Shown here piece by piece: positions 51,453-56,155 of a stretch of 56,155 nt of DNA (within the stretch, counting starts at the first letter, position 1; every line of letters starts with the position of its first letter). Made by a program: the position numbers and the translations under genes. Below the pieces are notes generated by a model. It did no database searches. It was not told the origin of the DNA and was given only the letters and a program-made list of their open reading frames with translations. Origin of the DNA: an uncultured SAR86 cluster bacterium (GTDB lineage Bacteria > Pseudomonadota > Gammaproteobacteria > Magnimaribacterales > D2472); assembly GCA_902617955.1 (NCBI GenBank), contig CACMYW010000003.1, forward strand, positions 1 to 56,155. Reading direction: 5' to 3'.

Positions 51453-52718
51453 TTATCCCAACTCTCCAGATAAGCCAAATTTTTTAGAGTTTGATGAGTT
51501 CTCTCGATGCCTTTTAATCATCTCAAGTTTAGTTTGTCGGTTGCATGATTGAAATTTTGTCCACCAATCACCAATTTCACTCTCAGAATTAGAGGCCTCA
51601 ATTCTTAATAATAGCAAATCATATGCAGCTCTAAATCTTGGATGTTGTAGTACTTTAAAGGGTTGATTTTTGATCCTACTTTGAAGCCTCAACTGCAATG
51701 ACCAAATATCTTTTATGTAAGTATAAAATCTCCTTGGTACAGCAGTTAAGATTTGCTGGTCTCTTAAAATTTTATCCATGTTAGGAAAAAATCTTCTTGT
51801 GCTAATCGAATCTTCAACAGTTGCTATTTCAATTAACTTTGGCCATAAAATGGCTGCCAAAAGAAATCCAGGAGTTACTGATTTACCTTCATGAATTCTG
51901 TTATCAGTATTAATAAGCGCTGACATCTGCAATCGATAACCATAGCTATTGGACTGCCCGACATGACTCACTAAATGTTTTAACAAGTCGAAAGTTTCCA
52001 GTTTTTCAAAGTTATGTTGAGCTTTGCCGTGCATAAATATTTTATTAAATTCATCAAACCTTCTGGCATTGGATATGCTGCTCAAAAGATATCCTTTTTC
52101 ATAAATTGCATCTTTTATTTGTTTATCAATTTTAAAGTTTAGCTTTGTTGCAAATCTTACAGCCCTTAAACTTCTGACAGGATCTTCTTCGAAGCGCAGC
52201 ATGGGGTCGCCGATAGAAACTATTTTACGCTTATAAGAATCATTCACCCCTTGATGTCTATCGAATAATTTTTTTTGAATGGGATCAAAGTAAAGAGAAT
52301 TAATTGTAAAGTCTCTTCTTTCACAGTCCTCCTCAATGGTTCCCCAGACGTTATCCCTTAAAATTTTACCTAGCTGGTCCTTAACAATTTTTTCTTGATT
52401 CGATTTTGCTCCGGATGCTCTGAAAGTAGAAACTTCGATAACTTGGCTACCCTTGTAAACATGAACTAACTTAAATCTTTTCCCAATAATTCGTGAGGCT
52501 TTAAATATCTTTCTAATTTGCTCTGGTGTTGCACTGGTCGCTACATCAAAATCTTTAGCTGGAATATCTATTAACTGATCTCTAATGCATCCCCCAACAA
52601 GGTAAGCATCATGACCTTTTTTTTGTAATTGCTTGATGATCTCCTCAGCAAATTTATCAAATTTATTCTGGAGGAGTTTTTTTGGTGGACTTACAAATGA
52701 ATTATTTGGGTTGCTCAA
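51453..52718 (-). CDS. pcnB: Poly(A) polymerase I
   Basis: VGGCIRD, KDFDVAT, IIGKRFKLVHV (PAP signature), RRDFTIN, HPRFRAAYD. Confidence 0.95.
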   Translation of the reverse strand: MSNPNNSFVSPPKKLLQNKFDKFAEEIIKQLQKKGHDAYLVGGCIRDQLIDIPAKDFDVATSATPEQIRKIFKASRIIGKRFKLVHVYKGSQVIEVSTFRASGAKSNQEKIVKDQLGKILRDNVWGTIEEDCERRDFTINSLYFDPIQKKLFDRHQGVNDSYKRKIVSIGDPMLRFEEDPVRSLRAVRFATKLNFKIDKQIKDAIYEKGYLLSSISNARRFDEFNKIFMHGKAQHNFEKLETFDLLKHLVSHVGQSNSYGYRLQMSALINTDNRIHEGKSVTPGFLLAAILWPKLIEIATVEDSISTRRFFPNMDKILRDQQILTAVPRRFYTYIKDIWSLQLRLQSRIKNQPFKVLQHPRFRAAYDLLLLRIEASNSESEIGDWWTKFQSCNRQTKLEMIKRHRENSSNSKKFGLSGELG

Positions 52719-52738
52719 ATTAAAGTTTTGGAGATTGA

Positions 52739-53365
52739 TTATCCCCCTAGTTGTTTTTCTTTTATCTCATCTAGAGTCTTGCAATCAATGCAATGCGTGG
52801 CAGTGGGTCTCGCTTCTAGTCTCTTTAAGCCAATCTCAATTCCACACGAATAACAGTATCCATAGTCATCTTGTTTAATTTGCTCTAAAGAGCTCACAAT
52901 CTTTTTGATAAGTTTTCTTTCCCTATCCCTAGTTCTTAATTCAAAGGCAAACTCTTCTTCTTGTGAAGCACGATCAACAGGATCTGCAAAAGTTTCACCT
53001 TTATTTTTAAGGTGATCAAAAGTTTTTTGCATTTCTTCTTTAAGGTGCTCTCTCCAATTAAGTAAAACTTTATTAAAGTGACGCTTCATAGCAGCACTCA
53101 TATATTTCTCATTCTTTTTGGGCTTGTAGGACGAGATTTGGGGTTCTTTTTTCTTAGAGACTCTTTTCTTTTTTGCAACAGATAATTTTGCTACTTTCTT
53201 TTTCGGAGCTTTAGACTTAGCTGCAGTATTCTTTTTAGTTATTTTCTTCGGCGCTGTAGATTTTTTCTTGGGAGCAGCCTTCACTTTTTTATTGACTGTC
53301 TTGGTTGATGCTTTTTTATTTGAGGTTTTCTTTGCTGTTGTTTTTTTACTTTTTTTAGTTGGCAT
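52739..53365 (-). CDS. dksA: RNA polymerase-binding factor DksA with Lys-rich N-terminal extension
   Basis: DPVDRASQEEE, RDRERKL, CYSC...CIDC zinc finger. Confidence 0.95.
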   Translation of the reverse strand: MPTKKSKKTTAKKTSNKKASTKTVNKKVKAAPKKKSTAPKKITKKNTAAKSKAPKKKVAKLSVAKKKRVSKKKEPQISSYKPKKNEKYMSAAMKRHFNKVLLNWREHLKEEMQKTFDHLKNKGETFADPVDRASQEEEFAFELRTRDRERKLIKKIVSSLEQIKQDDYGYCYSCGIEIGLKRLEARPTATHCIDCKTLDEIKEKQLGG

Positions 53366-53446
53366 TTTGGTTTTTCAGTTATTGAGATTAATCAAATTAT
53401 TTAAGGGCGAAGAAAATAGCAGAAATGAACTTAATAAGCTAGTTTT

Positions 53447-54439
53447 TTATAATTTTTTTAGGACCTCATGATAGCCAGATTCTGTTAATCTTGGACCAAA
53501 AGTCTCAACAATTTTAGAAGCTCCATAATTAGCAAATTTTCCACATTCATTTAGAGAATTGCCCTGAGAGAGCGCATACAAAAAACAGCCTGCAAACATA
53601 TCGCCGGCTCCATTTGTATCTACCGCATTAATGCTTTCAGCTTTTACTTGAATTAATTCATCTTTATTCACAATTGAACACCCCTTGGAGCCTGTTGTAA
53701 CAATACTAATAAAATCTTTTTTTGTAAGACCATCAAGTGCCGAATCAATAGATTCAGTTGATGTAAAAGCCATAGCTTCTTCATCGTTACAAAAAATGTA
53801 ATCAACTCCAAAACTTTCTAGCTCGGTAAATCTGTCTCTAAATCCCATAACAATGCCTGGATCTGAAAGTGATAGGGCAATTTTTACATTTTTTTCGGAC
53901 GCTCTTTTCAAGAGCTCAAGGGTGACAGAATAGTTTTCATCACTCGACACCATATAGCCTTCAACGTAAAGAATATCGGTATCAAGCATCGCTACAAAAT
54001 CAATATCATCCATTCGCATAAGCGCACTCACATTGAGGGCTGTCGACATAGTTCTTTTTGCATCTGCTGTAACCAAGATTAAACATTTACCTGTTGGGAC
54101 TTCATCAGCATCCCGCATTTTAAAATTATGGTTAACACCAATATTTTTAAGGTTTGCAAGGTAGCTATGACCATCTTCATCATCGGCAACCACGCAAGTA
54201 TGAAAACATTTAGCACCAAAATGAGTTGCAGCTACCAATGTGTTTGTTGCTGAGCCTCCACAATCAGAAACGGATTCCGCATTCTCTTTTTTTAACTTAT
54301 CAATAATTGGAGCATGCTCCTCAGCATTTGATAGATTCATTTGATCAATTTCTAGGCCAACTTCAGCAATGAATTCATGTGATACTTTAAATTGGGTATC
54401 AACCAATGCATTTCCAATCGCAGTTATGTCATATTTCAT
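53447..54439 (-). CDS. PfkB-family (adenosine/inosine-type) kinase
   Basis: GNALVD, GGSATNT, DTNGAGD. Confidence 0.9.
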   Translation of the reverse strand: MKYDITAIGNALVDTQFKVSHEFIAEVGLEIDQMNLSNAEEHAPIIDKLKKENAESVSDCGGSATNTLVAATHFGAKCFHTCVVADDEDGHSYLANLKNIGVNHNFKMRDADEVPTGKCLILVTADAKRTMSTALNVSALMRMDDIDFVAMLDTDILYVEGYMVSSDENYSVTLELLKRASEKNVKIALSLSDPGIVMGFRDRFTELESFGVDYIFCNDEEAMAFTSTESIDSALDGLTKKDFISIVTTGSKGCSIVNKDELIQVKAESINAVDTNGAGDMFAGCFLYALSQGNSLNECGKFANYGASKIVETFGPRLTESGYHEVLKKL

Positions 54440-54441
54440 CT

Positions 54442-55725
54442 TTATAATTCCTCTATTGCATCTAAAACTTTTTGGGATGCAGATTGCATTACTTCGTCTA
54501 TATGCGTGGTTGATAAAAATCCAGCTTCAAATTTTGAAGGCGCAAAGTAAATACCTTTACTCAAAGATTTTATAAAGAATTTTTGGAAAACTTTTGAATT
54601 TGTTGCGCATACATCTTCAAAATTTTCAGGCAGTTTTTTTGAGAAAAAGAAACCAAACATTCCGCCAGAAGCATTATAAGCAAAATCAATATCCTTAGTT
54701 TCTAAGCTTTTAGAGATGGCATTTAAGAAGTTTTTAATCGTTAATTCTAATTCTTCGTATGGGTTAGTTTTTTGAAGCTCAGAGATTAAAGCTATACCTG
54801 CCGACATTGCAAGCGGATTACCCGAAAGTGTACCTGCTTGATAAACAGGGCCTTCAGGAGCAAGATATTTCATAATATCTGCATTACCACCAAATGCACC
54901 AACAGGAAGACCTCCACCAATAATCTTACCAAGCGCAGTCAAGTCAGGTTGAATGTTATACATTAATTGCGCACCTCCAAGACTGACCCTGAACCCCGAC
55001 ATTACTTCGTCAAAAATTAGAACCGAATTATTTTGATGAGTTTTTTCTCTTAGAACATTTAAGAATTCAGTATGCCCTTTAATGAAACCCATGTTGCCAG
55101 CTACTGGCTCAACAATTACCGCAGCAAGATCATCTTTCACCTCATCAAAGGTCTTAGTAAATGCTTCAGTATCATTGTAAGGAATAGAGATAGTGAATTT
55201 AGCAAGCTCCTCAGGGATTCCAGGAGAGTCAGGTAAGCCAAAAGTAGATACACCTGAGCCTGCTTTTACAAGCAATGAATCAACATGCCCATGGTAACAA
55301 CCATCAAATTTGATAATGGTATTCCTGTTCGTATATCCCCTTGCTAACCTTATGCAGCTCATTGTTGCTTCAGTACCAGAATTAACCATCCTGATTCTCT
55401 CAATAGAGCCAATGCTTTCCTTAATCAGGGAAGCCATTTGGTTCTCTAGTTTTGTTGGTGCTCCAAAACTTGTCCCATTTTTTAGCTGTTCGTTGATGGC
55501 CTTAACGATAATAGGATTGCTGTGTCCTAATATCATTGGTCCCCAGGACCCAATAAAATCTATATATTGATTTTCATCTTCATCAATTAAATATGGTCCA
55601 TTAGCGCTCTTAAAAAAAACTGGTTTCGAGTTAACATTTTTGAAAGCTCTTACTGGAGAATTCACTCCTCCGGGCATCAGCAACTGCGCCTCTTTGAAAA
55701 GAGCATCTGATTTATTACGATTCAT
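54442..55725 (-). CDS. hemL: Glutamate-1-semialdehyde 2,1-aminomutase
   Basis: PGGVNSPVRAF, NSGTEA, FDEVMSGFR, GKIIGGG, YQAGTLSGNP. Confidence 0.98.
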   Translation of the reverse strand: MNRNKSDALFKEAQLLMPGGVNSPVRAFKNVNSKPVFFKSANGPYLIDEDENQYIDFIGSWGPMILGHSNPIIVKAINEQLKNGTSFGAPTKLENQMASLIKESIGSIERIRMVNSGTEATMSCIRLARGYTNRNTIIKFDGCYHGHVDSLLVKAGSGVSTFGLPDSPGIPEELAKFTISIPYNDTEAFTKTFDEVKDDLAAVIVEPVAGNMGFIKGHTEFLNVLREKTHQNNSVLIFDEVMSGFRVSLGGAQLMYNIQPDLTALGKIIGGGLPVGAFGGNADIMKYLAPEGPVYQAGTLSGNPLAMSAGIALISELQKTNPYEELELTIKNFLNAISKSLETKDIDFAYNASGGMFGFFFSKKLPENFEDVCATNSKVFQKFFIKSLSKGIYFAPSKFEAGFLSTTHIDEVMQSASQKVLDAIEEL

Positions 55726-55841
55726 GACTTATTCAACATATTTAAGAATGAGGGCAAATCTTCTGAAGAAAAGATACCATCTGATATAGCAATCATATCA
55801 AAATTGTTACTGATATTTGACTCATAAGTATCAAAATTTCT
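55722..55841 (-). pseudogene. C-terminal remnant of a ThiE-like gene
   Basis: ...NNFDMIAISDGIFSSEDLPSFLNMLNKS* resembles the ThiE C-terminus and its stop overlaps the hemL start (ATGA); frame closed by a stop at 55842-55844. Confidence 0.5.
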
Positions 55842-56155
55842 TCAAAAGATCAGATGAAAATTCTTGACCTCGCCGCAGGCAAAAGTGCAACTGCGCAAGA
55901 TTTCGGTGAAATTAATCAATTATGTACCCGTTATTTTCTAAAAAGTATTCAAGGACTTATAAGAAAAAATTCTATCAAGCACTCAAGAATTAAAGGTATA
56001 GGCTTATCAGGGCAAACTATATGGCATGCACCCAAATCTAATCATCCCTTCTCAATACAGCTTGGCAACCCAAATTATATTTCTCATGCATTAGGTATGC
56101 CTGTCGTGTCTGATTTTAGGAATTCTCATATTGCCCTTGGAGGTGAAGGCGCTCC
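55821..56155 (+). pseudogene. anmK: Anhydro-N-acetylmuramic acid kinase, 5'-truncated, runs off window
   Basis: GLSGQTIWHAP, SIQLG, DFRNSHIALGGEGAP; N-terminal MSGTSxDG motif absent, in-frame TGA at 55818. Confidence 0.8.

Noticed and set aside
1076-55570. Numerous 60-120 aa ORFs antisense or out of frame to core genes (e.g. 1076-1291, 14279-14551, 36056-36412, 43966-44307)
   Set aside because: Shadow ORFs within well-supported genes, with no recognisable motifs
1-56155. CRISPR arrays, IS elements, prophage, tRNA/rRNA, defence systems
   Set aside because: No repeat-spacer pattern, transposase, integrase or such RNA genes seen by eye; nearly all sequence is explained by core genes

Overview
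AT-rich, very densely packed core chromosome segment of a streamlined gammaproteobacterium; the gene content and compactness resemble marine SAR86-type genomes (inference, not database-verified). It carries about 60 mostly housekeeping CDSs: lptM-lysA-dapF, metF-metK-ahcY, tkt-pgk-fba, tatABC, ubiE-ubiJ-ubiB, miaB-phoH-ybeY-corC-lnt, zapA-6S-ygfA, pepP, priA, nnr-tsaE-amiB, acs, dksA-pcnB and hemL, plus lipid/CoA catabolic enzymes. I saw no mobile elements, CRISPR arrays, rRNA or tRNA. Signals missing from the ORF track: (1) a candidate ~75-nt sRNA or attenuator with its own promoter, a C-rich anti-SD loop and a terminator, followed by a 33-aa membrane peptide and an exported glutathione peroxidase; (2) lysA and dapF read as one uninterrupted ORF across a 7-nt homopolymer; (3) a SAM-II/SAM-V-type riboswitch before metF; (4) 6S RNA; (5) a Fur box and a probable Pho-box array; (6) a junction of truncated thiE-like and anmK fragments at the right end. 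A paraoxonase-like propeller fused to a four-helix membrane domain also stands out.
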